From NCBI GenBank assembly GCA_035534135.1, contig DATLSL010000037.1, positions 1 through 51,296 of the forward strand: a DNA stretch of 51,296 bases. The letters are read 5' to 3'. The DNA comes from Rhodanobacteraceae bacterium. Lineage in GTDB: Bacteria > Pseudomonadota > Gammaproteobacteria > Xanthomonadales > Rhodanobacteraceae. Below the pieces are notes generated by a model. That model was not told the DNA's origin. It did not search any database and saw only the letters and a program-made list of their open reading frames with translations. Of the stretch, positions 21,636 to 29,487 are shown one piece after another (within the stretch, counting starts at the first letter, position 1; the number at the start of each line of letters is the position of its first letter). Made by a program: the position numbers and the translations under genes.

Positions 21636-21738
21636 GCCGGGGTATTCGCGAGTGGCCGTGAAGGGCCACTCGCGCCGGCGAACGCCGGAGGCAGGAGCCG
21701 CAGGCGGGGTGACTTGGCGAGGCAGGAAGCCGAGCGTA
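21632..21738 (+). other. Structured element E2 between the duplicated gene starts
   Basis: Stem CGCGAGTGGCC/GGCCACTCGCG with GTGAAG loop (21647-21674), flanking CCGG..CCGG, hairpins GGC-AGGA-GCC and GGC-AGGAA-GCC. Confidence 0.8.
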
Positions 21739-21820
21739 GTCACCGACGCCGCCGAGATTGGGCGAAGAGGCAGACGATGAAGCTGTGGTCGATCCTGGGC
21801 AACTCGCAACGCCTCGATGG
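21739..21820 (+). repeat. Direct repeat B copy 2
   Basis: Matches 21550-21631 at offset 189. Confidence 0.96.
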
Positions 21821-22649
21821 CGGCGCCATGTTCGGCAACGCGCCCAGGGCGATGTGGTCGCAGTGGATCGCGCCGGATGCCGAGAATCGCATTCCGTTGG
21901 CCTGCCGCTGCCTGCTGGTGGACGACCTCGACGGCAAGACCGTGCTGTTCGAGACCGGCATCGGCGCGTTCTTCGAACCGAAGCTGCGTGAGCGCTACGG
22001 CGTGATCGAGGATCGTCACGTGCTGCTGGACAGCCTCGCGCAGGCCGGCTTCGCGCACGAGGACATCGACGCGGTGGTGCTCTCGCACCTGCACTTCGAC
22101 CATGCCGGAGGTCTGCTGGCGGCGTGGCGCGAGGGCCAGCCGGCGCAGCTGCTGTTTCCCAACGCGACCTATATCGTCGGTCGTGGCCACTGGCAGCGCG
22201 CACTGTCGCCGCATCCGCGCGATCGCGCCTCGTTCATTCCCGAGCTGCTGCCGCTGCTCGAAGCCAGCGCACGGCTGCAGCTGGTGGATGGCGAGTACGC
22301 GGCCGCACTGGGTCCGCGCGTGCGCTTTCACTATTCGGACGGGCATACGCCGGGGCTGATGTTGGCCGAGATCCAGCCCGTGCCCGGTGCCGGCGGTGGC
22401 GTGTTGTTCTGCGCCGACCTGATTCCCGGCCGCGCATGGGTGCATCTACCGATCACCATGGGCTACGACCGCTACCCGGAGCGCCTGATCGACGAGAAGC
22501 GCGACCTGCTCGATGCGGCACGCAAGCGCGGCGTGCGGCTGTTCTTCACTCACGATCACGAGATCGCTCTGGCCGACGTCGTGGTGGACGTGCGCGGGCG
22601 TTACGCCGCGGCGCAGGCGCAACCGCGGCTGGACGCACTGCCGTTATGA
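21777..22649 (+). CDS. MBL-fold metallo-hydrolase
   Basis: [26 protein letters not shown] and FTHD motifs. Confidence 0.93.
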   Translation: MKLWSILGNSQRLDGGAMFGNAPRAMWSQWIAPDAENRIPLACRCLLVDDLDGKTVLFETGIGAFFEPKLRERYGVIEDRHVLLDSLAQAGFAHEDIDAVVLSHLHFDHAGGLLAAWREGQPAQLLFPNATYIVGRGHWQRALSPHPRDRASFIPELLPLLEASARLQLVDGEYAAALGPRVRFHYSDGHTPGLMLAEIQPVPGAGGGVLFCADLIPGRAWVHLPITMGYDRYPERLIDEKRDLLDAARKRGVRLFFTHDHEIALADVVVDVRGRYAAAQAQPRLDALPL

Positions 22650-23737
22650 AACGGCGTCGGCGCCCTGACCCGCGCGTCAGCCTGCAGGCCTTCCTGCGCG
22701 GCGCGTGGCCGCCGCGCCTGGCGGCCCTGCTGCTGCTGGCGGTTGCGCTGATCCTGCTCGCCACCATCGAGCACGGCGTACGTGCACACGTTGCCGCGCT
22801 TGACCGGCACGGCGGTGCGGTCCGCGATCTGGGCTCGGCAGCTGCGCCGTCTTCACGTCTTTACGGCTACATGGTGCGCGTCACCGGCACGCCGCAGGTG
22901 GTGGAGCTACCGCTGGATGCCGATTTCGGCGTGCAGGCCGATACTCCGGTACTGATCCGCCACGTGGCGATGTTCCAGTGGCATGAGATCCATGTCGGTT
23001 ACCCGCTATACGAGCAGGACTGGGTCAATCACGCCGTGAACAGCGCTACCTTCAACGATCCGCGCGGCCATGCCAACCCCGGGCCGCTGCCGATTCCGCC
23101 GCGCCGCTTCATTGCGCCGCGGGTGCGCCTGGACGGATTCGTGCTGGATGCAGCCATCGTCGATGCAATCCCGGGCAGCGTGCCGCTGACACCCGACTTC
23201 GGACGCCTGCCGCCGAACCTGGCCGCCACCTTCCATGTCCTTGGTGGCGCGCTGGTCAGCAGTGCCGATCCGCAGGCGCCGCGGCTGGGCGATCTGCGCA
23301 TCCGCTGGCGCGCGGTGCCGCTGCAGCAAATCAGCGTGTTCGCGCGCGCCGAAGGCGATCGTCTGCTGCCGGCGCAGTCTGCCGCGGCCGGCAGCGGCTT
23401 TGTCGTGCAGCTGGGCGATCGCAGCCTCGCCGATCTGCTGCCGGGCGTGCCCGACGCACCGGCGTGGCCGTGGACGCGGCGTCTGCTGGCGTTGCTGCTG
23501 GCGGTCGTGGCGGTGCGGCTGCTGATCGCAGCGTGGCCGCGTCTGCACCGCGATCCGCTGTTCGTGGTGGCCGCGGCGCTGGCGCCGCTGACGGCGCTGG
23601 CCGGCATCGAGTGGCTGCGGCTGCGCACCGGACTCGGTGTCGGCCTGCTGCTGCTGGCCGTGGCGGCGGCAGTCCTCGCCGGATGGCGCGTGCGTCATCA
23701 TGCAACCACACCTGACGTTCACGATTCCGGAGACTGA
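22646..23737 (+). CDS. TMEM43 (DUF1625)-family membrane protein
   Basis: N-terminal TM, D.DFGV...L.R.V.MFQW.E..Y...W, P.LGDLRI, C-terminal TMs; ATGA overlap. Confidence 0.72.
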   Translation: MKRRRRPDPRVSLQAFLRGAWPPRLAALLLLAVALILLATIEHGVRAHVAALDRHGGAVRDLGSAAAPSSRLYGYMVRVTGTPQVVELPLDADFGVQADTPVLIRHVAMFQWHEIHVGYPLYEQDWVNHAVNSATFNDPRGHANPGPLPIPPRRFIAPRVRLDGFVLDAAIVDAIPGSVPLTPDFGRLPPNLAATFHVLGGALVSSADPQAPRLGDLRIRWRAVPLQQISVFARAEGDRLLPAQSAAAGSGFVVQLGDRSLADLLPGVPDAPAWPWTRRLLALLLAVVAVRLLIAAWPRLHRDPLFVVAAALAPLTALAGIEWLRLRTGLGVGLLLLAVAAAVLAGWRVRHHATTPDVHDSGD

Positions 23738-23738
23738 C

Positions 23739-24125
23739 GTGCCCATCTCCTCCCTGTTTGTCGCGCTTGCTGTGCTGCTGGTCCTGCTGCTGGCGATCCG
23801 CGTGGCACTGCGGCGCAACGTTGCGGCGATCGGCCTCGGCGACGGCGGCGACGCCGAGTTGGCGCGGCGCATCCGCGCGCACGGCAATGCCGTCGAATAC
23901 CTGCCGCTGGCGCTGCTCGAACTTGCTCTGCTCGAGCACGCCGGTACGTCGGCGGCGTTGTTGTATGCGCTGGGCGGCACCCTGATCGTCGCACGCGTGC
24001 TGCACGCGATCGGACTGAGTCGCAGCGGCGGACGTTCTGCCGGGCGCGTGCTGGGCATGCTCGGCACCTGGCTGGCAATGCTGGCGATGGCCTTGCTGCT
24101 GCTGTGGCAGGCGACGCACGTTTGA
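23739..24125 (+). CDS. MAPEG-family protein
   Basis: GDGGD..L.RRIRAHGNAVEYLP and ARVLHA motifs. Confidence 0.9.
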   Translation: MPISSLFVALAVLLVLLLAIRVALRRNVAAIGLGDGGDAELARRIRAHGNAVEYLPLALLELALLEHAGTSAALLYALGGTLIVARVLHAIGLSRSGGRSAGRVLGMLGTWLAMLAMALLLLWQATHV

Positions 24126-24146
24126 CGATGTCTTCTGCGTGTGCGG

Positions 24147-24198
24147 GAGATCCTTCGGCTTGCAGTCTCAGCGACGTTTTGAACGCAGCGAAAGGTCC
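24147..24198. repeat. Two degenerate REP/MITE-like halves between convergent genes
   Basis: AGATCCTTCGGCTTGCAGTCTCAG resembles the reverse complement of 1650-1678; TGAACGCAGCGAAAGGTCC resembles its forward form. Confidence 0.45.
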
Positions 24199-24202
24199 GG
24201 TT

Positions 24203-24781
24203 TCAGGCTGACGGCTCCGTTGCGGCCTCGTGTTCGAGAAACCACAGCCCCGCAAACAGCTTGGGATCGACCGAGTAGCCCGCGCGCGCCTTGGCGAACA
24301 GCCACGGCGCCGCATCGCTGCGCGCGACCTCGTGCACGATGATGGCCTCGCTGGCATCGCCGCCGCCGGCACCCACCCGCTGCAGATCGAAGGCGCGCAC
24401 GAAAGCGATCACCTCGGTGCTCATCCCCGACGACGACGGCCCGGCATGCAGGAATTCCAGCCGCGCGGCGCGCCAGCCGGTTTCCTCCTCCAGTTCGCGT
24501 GCGGCGGCGGTTAGAGCGGTTTCGTCGCTGTCGCCATCACGATCGCCGACCAGCCCGGCCGGCATTTCGATCGTGCGCGCCTGGATCGGCACACGGTACT
24601 GCTCGACGAACAGGATGCGGTCCTGCGGCGTGACCGCGACGATGATCACCGCGCCGCCGGCATTGTTGCGTTCGACGAACTCCCAGCGGCCACGCCGACG
24701 CAGGGTCAGCCAGGCGCCGCGATGGAGATCCTCGGCCGGGGCGTCGGCGTCCAGCGGCAGGCTTGCAGGGTCGTGCTTCAT
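24203..24781 (-). CDS. NUDIX hydrolase (ADP-ribose pyrophosphatase-like)
   Basis: VEQYRVP..IEMPAGL..AARELEEETG. Confidence 0.92.
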   Translation of the reverse strand: MKHDPASLPLDADAPAEDLHRGAWLTLRRRGRWEFVERNNAGGAVIIVAVTPQDRILFVEQYRVPIQARTIEMPAGLVGDRDGDSDETALTAAARELEEETGWRAARLEFLHAGPSSSGMSTEVIAFVRAFDLQRVGAGGGDASEAIIVHEVARSDAAPWLFAKARAGYSVDPKLFAGLWFLEHEAATEPSA

Positions 24782-25689
24782 GCGATCTCCGCCCTGGGCT
24801 GCTGCGCGTGCGCACGCAGGCGCGCGCGGGTGTGCGCGCCGAGGCGCAGACGCTGGCCCAGACCTTCCAGGGCGTCACCGTCGCCACCGCACCAGGCCAG
24901 CGCATCGGGTTCGGGCACCGGCGCATCCAGCGCAATGCGCGTCAGTCGCCGCGACAGGCGCGCGCTGTCGGCCTGCTCGCGCAGGCGCGTGGCGATGCCG
25001 GCGGCACCGCGCAGGGTCATTGCCGGAATCTCGTCGATGCGCGCCAGCAGGGCGTCGAGATCACCGAAGTGCGCCAGCAGCGCGGCGGCGGTGCGCGGAC
25101 CGATGCCGCGCACGCCCGGCACGTTGTCGACGGCATCGCCGGCCAGTGCCAGATAGTCGGCGACCTGGTCTGGGCGCACGCCCATGCGGGCCATGACGCC
25201 GTCCGCGCCCCAGCGCTCGCCGCGCGCAAAGTCCCACTGCTCGTCGTGGCTGCCCAGCAGCTGACCGAAGTCCTTGTCCGCCGACACCACCACCGAGCGG
25301 TAGCCGTGCCGGCGCAGCGTCCACAGCGCGCTGCCGATCAGATCGTCGGCCTCGAAACTGGAGTGCGCGGCCACCGCCAGGCCCAGCGCGGCGGTCAGTT
25401 CCTGGCACAGCCCGAACTGGAACTCCAGCTCCGGCGGCGGCAGCTCGCGATTGGCCTTGTAGGCCGGATAGATCGCATTGCGAAAGCACGAGGTCAGCGC
25501 GGCATCGAAGGCGACCAGCACGTGCGTGGGGCGAGCGCGCTCCAGCAGGTCGAGTAGAAAGCGCGCGAAGCCGTGGACGGCGTTGACCGGGTGGCCATCG
25601 CGATCGCGCAGCTCGTCCGGCAGCGAATGCCAGGCGCGAAACACGTACAGGCTGCCATCGACCAGATGCGCGGCCGGGCGCGCGTTCAT
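24778..25689 (-). CDS. Stand-alone 5'-3' exonuclease/flap endonuclease (H3TH)
   Basis: LVDGS.YVFRA, YPAYKANR, FEADDLIG, SADKD, LAGDAVDNVPGVRGIGPRTA. Confidence 0.92.
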   Translation of the reverse strand: MNARPAAHLVDGSLYVFRAWHSLPDELRDRDGHPVNAVHGFARFLLDLLERARPTHVLVAFDAALTSCFRNAIYPAYKANRELPPPELEFQFGLCQELTAALGLAVAAHSSFEADDLIGSALWTLRRHGYRSVVVSADKDFGQLLGSHDEQWDFARGERWGADGVMARMGVRPDQVADYLALAGDAVDNVPGVRGIGPRTAAALLAHFGDLDALLARIDEIPAMTLRGAAGIATRLREQADSARLSRRLTRIALDAPVPEPDALAWCGGDGDALEGLGQRLRLGAHTRARLRAHAQQPRAEIA

Positions 25690-26264
25690 GCCGTCCATGC
25701 GCTGACGTGGGCTGCGGGATCCGCACGCGGAACCGGCGTCGGCTCGTCGCCGACGCTGCCGATATGCACCAGGCCGATCAGGTTCTCGCCGGTGCCCAGT
25801 CCGAGCAGCGCGGCGATGGCGGGGTCGTAGGCGGCCCAGCCGGTCAGCCACTGCGCGCCGTAGCCCAGCACTTCGGCGCCGAGCAGCAGGCTGTAGGCGA
25901 CGCAGCCGGCCGACAGCAGCTGCTCCTGGGCGGGGATCCTGGCGTGTCCGGCATCGATCCGCGCCACCACCGCGATCACCAGCGCGCCGTGCGCGTAGCG
26001 TGCGCGCTCCTTGTCGAGGCGTGCTGGGGCGGCGCCGGGTTCACGCTCGGCCAGACATTGGGCCAGACGTGTGGCAAAGGTTGCCAGCGCCGCGCCCTCG
26101 ATGGTGATCAGCCGCCACGGCTGCAGGCGGCCATGATCGGGAACGCGCAGCGCGAAGGCCAGCAGCGCGTCGCGCTCGGCGCCGGTCGGCGCCGGAGTGG
26201 TCAGCAGGCGCGCCGGCACCGAGCGGCGGCGGGCGAGGGCGGCGAACAGCGGCGAGACGGGCAT
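25686..26264 (-). CDS. Nitroreductase (YdjA-like)
   Basis: RRSV, RVPDHGRLQPWR, EQLLSAG, GYGAQWLTG. Confidence 0.92.
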   Translation of the reverse strand: MPVSPLFAALARRRSVPARLLTTPAPTGAERDALLAFALRVPDHGRLQPWRLITIEGAALATFATRLAQCLAEREPGAAPARLDKERARYAHGALVIAVVARIDAGHARIPAQEQLLSAGCVAYSLLLGAEVLGYGAQWLTGWAAYDPAIAALLGLGTGENLIGLVHIGSVGDEPTPVPRADPAAHVSAWTA

Positions 26265-26409
26265 GCGCCGAGTTTAGTGGGGCGCTCCGGAAATACCCAC
26301 CCGTCATGCCGGCGTCTTTCGACGCGGCACGGCATTGCCGCTGCCAGCGGCGATGCGCGACAGTTCACGGCATCCGTTACGATGCGGCGGATTCGAGGGG
26401 AGGTGCGTC

Positions 26410-27510
26410 ATGGCCGTGACCATTGCAGCGCTGAAGGAAACCGCGGCGGGCGAACGCCGCGTGGCGATCACGCCGGAAACGGCGAAGAAATACCTCGCCC
26501 GCGGACTGCAGGTGCTGCTCGAGCGCGATGCCGGAGCCGCTGCCGGGTTCCCCGACGCCGGTTACATCGGCGTCGAATTCGCCGATGCCGCCACGGTGCT
26601 GGCACGAGCCGATGTGCTGCTGGCGGTGCAGCCTCCCGAGGCTGCCGCTGCGGCCGGCTTGCGTCGCGGCACCGTGCTGCTCGGCCAGCTGCGCCCTTAC
26701 GGCGCCGGCGAGCGCATCGCGGCGTGGGCTGCGCAGGGACTGACCGCATTCGCGCTCGAGCGGCTGCCGCGCAGCACCCGCGCACAGGCGATGGACACAC
26801 TGTCGTCGCAGGCGGCCGTGGCCGGCTACCGTGCCGTGCTGCTGGCAGCCGAGGCTTCGCCGCGCTTTTTCCCGATGCTGACCACAGCTGCCGGTACCGT
26901 GCGTCCCAGCCGCGTGCTGGTGATCGGTGCCGGTGTGGCCGGCCTGCAGGCGATCGCCACCGCACGCCGGCTGGGCGCGCAGGTGGAGGGTTTCGACGTG
27001 CGCCCGGAGACGCGCGAGCAGGTGCAGTCGCTGGGCGCCAAATTTCTCGATCTTGGCGTCAGCGCGGCCGGCAGCGGCGGTTACGCGCGTGAGCTGACCG
27101 CCGAGGAGCGTGCGCGTCAGCAACAGGCGCTGGGCGAACATCTGCGCGCGATGGACGTGGTGATCACCACCGCGGCGGTGCCCGGGCGGCAGGCGCCGCG
27201 CATCCTGACCGCAGCAATGATCGAGGGCATGAAGCCCGGCGCGGTGGTGGTGGACATCGCCGCCGAGAGCGGCGGCAACTGCGAGCTGACCCGTGCCGGC
27301 GTGCGCGTCGAGCACGGCGCCGTCAGCATCCTCGGGCCGGTCAACCTGGCGGCCGGCACGCCGCTGCACGCCAGCGAGATGATCGCGCGCAACTTCGCCA
27401 ACTTCGCCGAACTGCTGCTGCGCGAGGGCGCGCTCAGTCCCGACTTCGGCGACGAACTGATCCACAACGCCTGCGTTGCTCACGGCGGCGAGGTCAAGTT
27501 CGCCGGCTGA
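26410..27510 (+). CDS. pntAA: NAD(P) transhydrogenase alpha subunit part 1 (domain I)
   Basis: GERRVAITPE, RAQAMD.LSSQ, GAGVAGLQAIATA, GGNCELT. Confidence 0.95.
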   Translation: MAVTIAALKETAAGERRVAITPETAKKYLARGLQVLLERDAGAAAGFPDAGYIGVEFADAATVLARADVLLAVQPPEAAAAAGLRRGTVLLGQLRPYGAGERIAAWAAQGLTAFALERLPRSTRAQAMDTLSSQAAVAGYRAVLLAAEASPRFFPMLTTAAGTVRPSRVLVIGAGVAGLQAIATARRLGAQVEGFDVRPETREQVQSLGAKFLDLGVSAAGSGGYARELTAEERARQQQALGEHLRAMDVVITTAAVPGRQAPRILTAAMIEGMKPGAVVVDIAAESGGNCELTRAGVRVEHGAVSILGPVNLAAGTPLHASEMIARNFANFAELLLREGALSPDFGDELIHNACVAHGGEVKFAG

Positions 27511-27546
27511 TCCGCAGTCGCTGCGACTCAGCCTTTGCACATGGGT

Positions 27547-28071
27547 TCAGCCGCCGCCGCGCCGGCCGTCTGCATGTGCCGGCATGCGCTGCGGGTGCGG
27601 GCCCGGTCTGCGCTGCTGCAGCCAATGCTGGCGCTGTACCGGGCTCATCGACCGCCACTGCTGCTGCAGCGCCTCGCGCCGGGCCGGCGGCAGCTCGCGA
27701 AAGTGCGCATAGGCTGCACGCAGGCGCTGGCGCTGCTGCGGGCTCATCTGCCGGAACTGCTGCATGTTGCGACGCACCTGGGCGCGCTGTGCGGGCGTCA
27801 TCTGTTGCCAGCGCTCGATGCGCTGGTCGATCGCGCGCTGGCGCTGCGGCGGTAGCTGCGCCCAGTGCTGTTCGTTGTGCAGCAACTGCTGCTGGCGTTG
27901 CGGCGGCATGCGGTCCCAATGATCGCGAAAGGGTCCCAGCAGCTGCTGCTGTTCGGGGCTGAGCTGTTGCCAGGGCGTCGTCGGCGCCTGTTGCGCGCGC
28001 GCGGTCAGCGGAACGCCGAGGCCAAGCGCGAGCAGCAGGGTCGCAATCGACAGGAAAGACGCGCGCGTCAT
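27547..28071 (-). CDS. DUF3106-like periplasmic helical repeat protein
   Basis: Signal peptide; repeated W/F-x-x-L/M-S/P/T-P-x-Q-R/Q units. Confidence 0.8.
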   Translation of the reverse strand: MTRASFLSIATLLLALGLGVPLTARAQQAPTTPWQQLSPEQQQLLGPFRDHWDRMPPQRQQQLLHNEQHWAQLPPQRQRAIDQRIERWQQMTPAQRAQVRRNMQQFRQMSPQQRQRLRAAYAHFRELPPARREALQQQWRSMSPVQRQHWLQQRRPGPHPQRMPAHADGRRGGG

Positions 28072-28073
28072 GG

Positions 28074-28460
28074 TCAGTCTCCGGCCGGCACCGATGCGGC
28101 ACCGGGCTGTTGCGGCTGCGTCGCCAGCCAGTCGTAGAAGTCGAGGTTCTGGTACAGGTCGAGGTCAGCGGCATCGGCCGCGGCCAGCGCATCGCTGCCG
28201 CTGCCAGCGACCGCGACGACCGCGGGCGTCGATGCTGTCGGCGCGCCGGCATGCGGATGCCACACCAGGCCCAGCGCCAGCGCCGCCGCGGCAAACGCCC
28301 CGGCTGGTACCAGGAAGCGTGCGAGCGGTGCGCGCCGCGGCTGCAGCGCAGTACGGCGTGCGCTGCGCAGGCGCGCGGCCGTGGCCGCATCGACGCCGCT
28401 CACGGCGCTGTCGAACAGACTGCGGGCGCGGTTTGCGAGCGGATCGCGGATATCGTTCAT
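28074..28460 (-). CDS. Putative anti-sigma factor (single TM)
   Basis: ARLRSARRTAL, one TM segment and DLDLYQNLDFYDWL; coupled to the ECF sigma gene. Confidence 0.7.
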   Translation of the reverse strand: MNDIRDPLANRARSLFDSAVSGVDAATAARLRSARRTALQPRRAPLARFLVPAGAFAAAALALGLVWHPHAGAPTASTPAVVAVAGSGSDALAAADAADLDLYQNLDFYDWLATQPQQPGAASVPAGD

Positions 28461-29047
28461 CGCCAGTCCTCCAGATGGTTGCGCAGCGCCTCCATGGCGC
28501 GCGACAGATGGGTCTTGACGCTGCCTGCGGAGCAGCCCATGGCCTGTGCCGTGGCGGCCACGTCGAGCCCTTCCAGCATGCGCAGCATGAAAGCCTCCTG
28601 CTGGCGTCGCGGCAGCTTGCGCACCGCCACGCCCATCGCCTCATAGGCGCTGCTGTCGAGCAGCCGCTGCTGCGGGTCGGGGGCGAGATCGGCCGGCTCC
28701 CACAGCGGGCCGTCGTCGCCGTCCTCGTCGCCGCCGCGCGGCGCCAGCCAGCCGACCACGATCGAGCGCACCTTGCGCCGCCGCTGCAGGTCCGTGATGC
28801 GCCGGCGCAGGATGCCCCAGAATAGCGGCGACCATTCTTCGGGCGGGCGTTCGCGGTAGCTCCTGACCAGCCTCAGCATCGCGTCCTGCACGGCGTCCAG
28901 CGCTTCCTCGCGGTCATTCAGGCCCATCTCGGCGACGCGCCAGGCACGCCGTTCGACCTGGGCCAGGAATGCATCCAGCGTCGCCGGCAACGGCAGCGTG
29001 GAGGCCTCGGACAATGGTTGCAGCAGGGCAGTCGCGGTCACGCTCAT
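28457..29047 (-). CDS. ECF RNA polymerase sigma factor
   Basis: EEALDAVQDAML (region 2); LPRRQQEAFMLR..EGLDV..TAQAMGCSAGSVKTHLSRA (region 4). Start uncertain. Confidence 0.93.
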   Translation of the reverse strand: MSVTATALLQPLSEASTLPLPATLDAFLAQVERRAWRVAEMGLNDREEALDAVQDAMLRLVRSYRERPPEEWSPLFWGILRRRITDLQRRRKVRSIVVGWLAPRGGDEDGDDGPLWEPADLAPDPQQRLLDSSAYEAMGVAVRKLPRRQQEAFMLRMLEGLDVAATAQAMGCSAGSVKTHLSRAMEALRNHLEDWR

Positions 29048-29190
29048 GTCGCGCTGCCGCGGCGGGTGCGGTTCCTCATCAGCCGTTTCCTGCGAGATCA
29101 CCTCAACCATAACGGTTCACGCTCGCCGCGGTTGACAGTCGCCGCGTATGATCGGCCCCACGCGCGGCGCCGACCACCCGGGGGACAGCG

Positions 29191-29487
29191 ATGATCGACG
29201 GATTTCTGGCACTGTATATCTTCATGCTGGCGGCGTTCACCGGCTACGAGATCATCGCGCGGGTGCCGGTAATCCTGCACACGCCGCTGATGTCCGGTTC
29301 CAACTTCGTGCACGGCATCGTGGTGGTTGGCGCGATGGTCGCGCTGGGCCATGCGCAGACGCCGCTGGAACAGGCGATCGGCTTCGTCGGCGTGCTGCTC
29401 GGCGCCGGCAACGCCGCCGGCGGCTATGTCGTCACCGAACGCATGCTGGACATGTTCAAGGCCAGCAGGAAGAAGGAGGGCGGCTGA
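29191..29487 (+). CDS. pntAB: NAD(P) transhydrogenase alpha subunit part 2
   Basis: VPVILHTPLMSGSN and GGYVVTERMLDMF. Confidence 0.95.
   Translation: MIDGFLALYIFMLAAFTGYEIIARVPVILHTPLMSGSNFVHGIVVVGAMVALGHAQTPLEQAIGFVGVLLGAGNAAGGYVVTERMLDMFKASRKKEGG

Noticed and set aside
21065-21820. Direct repeats as a CRISPR array or simple tandem repeat
   Set aside because: Only two copies of each repeat; the repeats are gene-specific coding starts, the inserts are the conserved part, and there are no cas genes.
27547-28071. CAG/CTG-rich periodicity as a DNA repeat element
   Set aside because: Explained by the Gln/Arg-rich helical repeats of the DUF3106-like protein.
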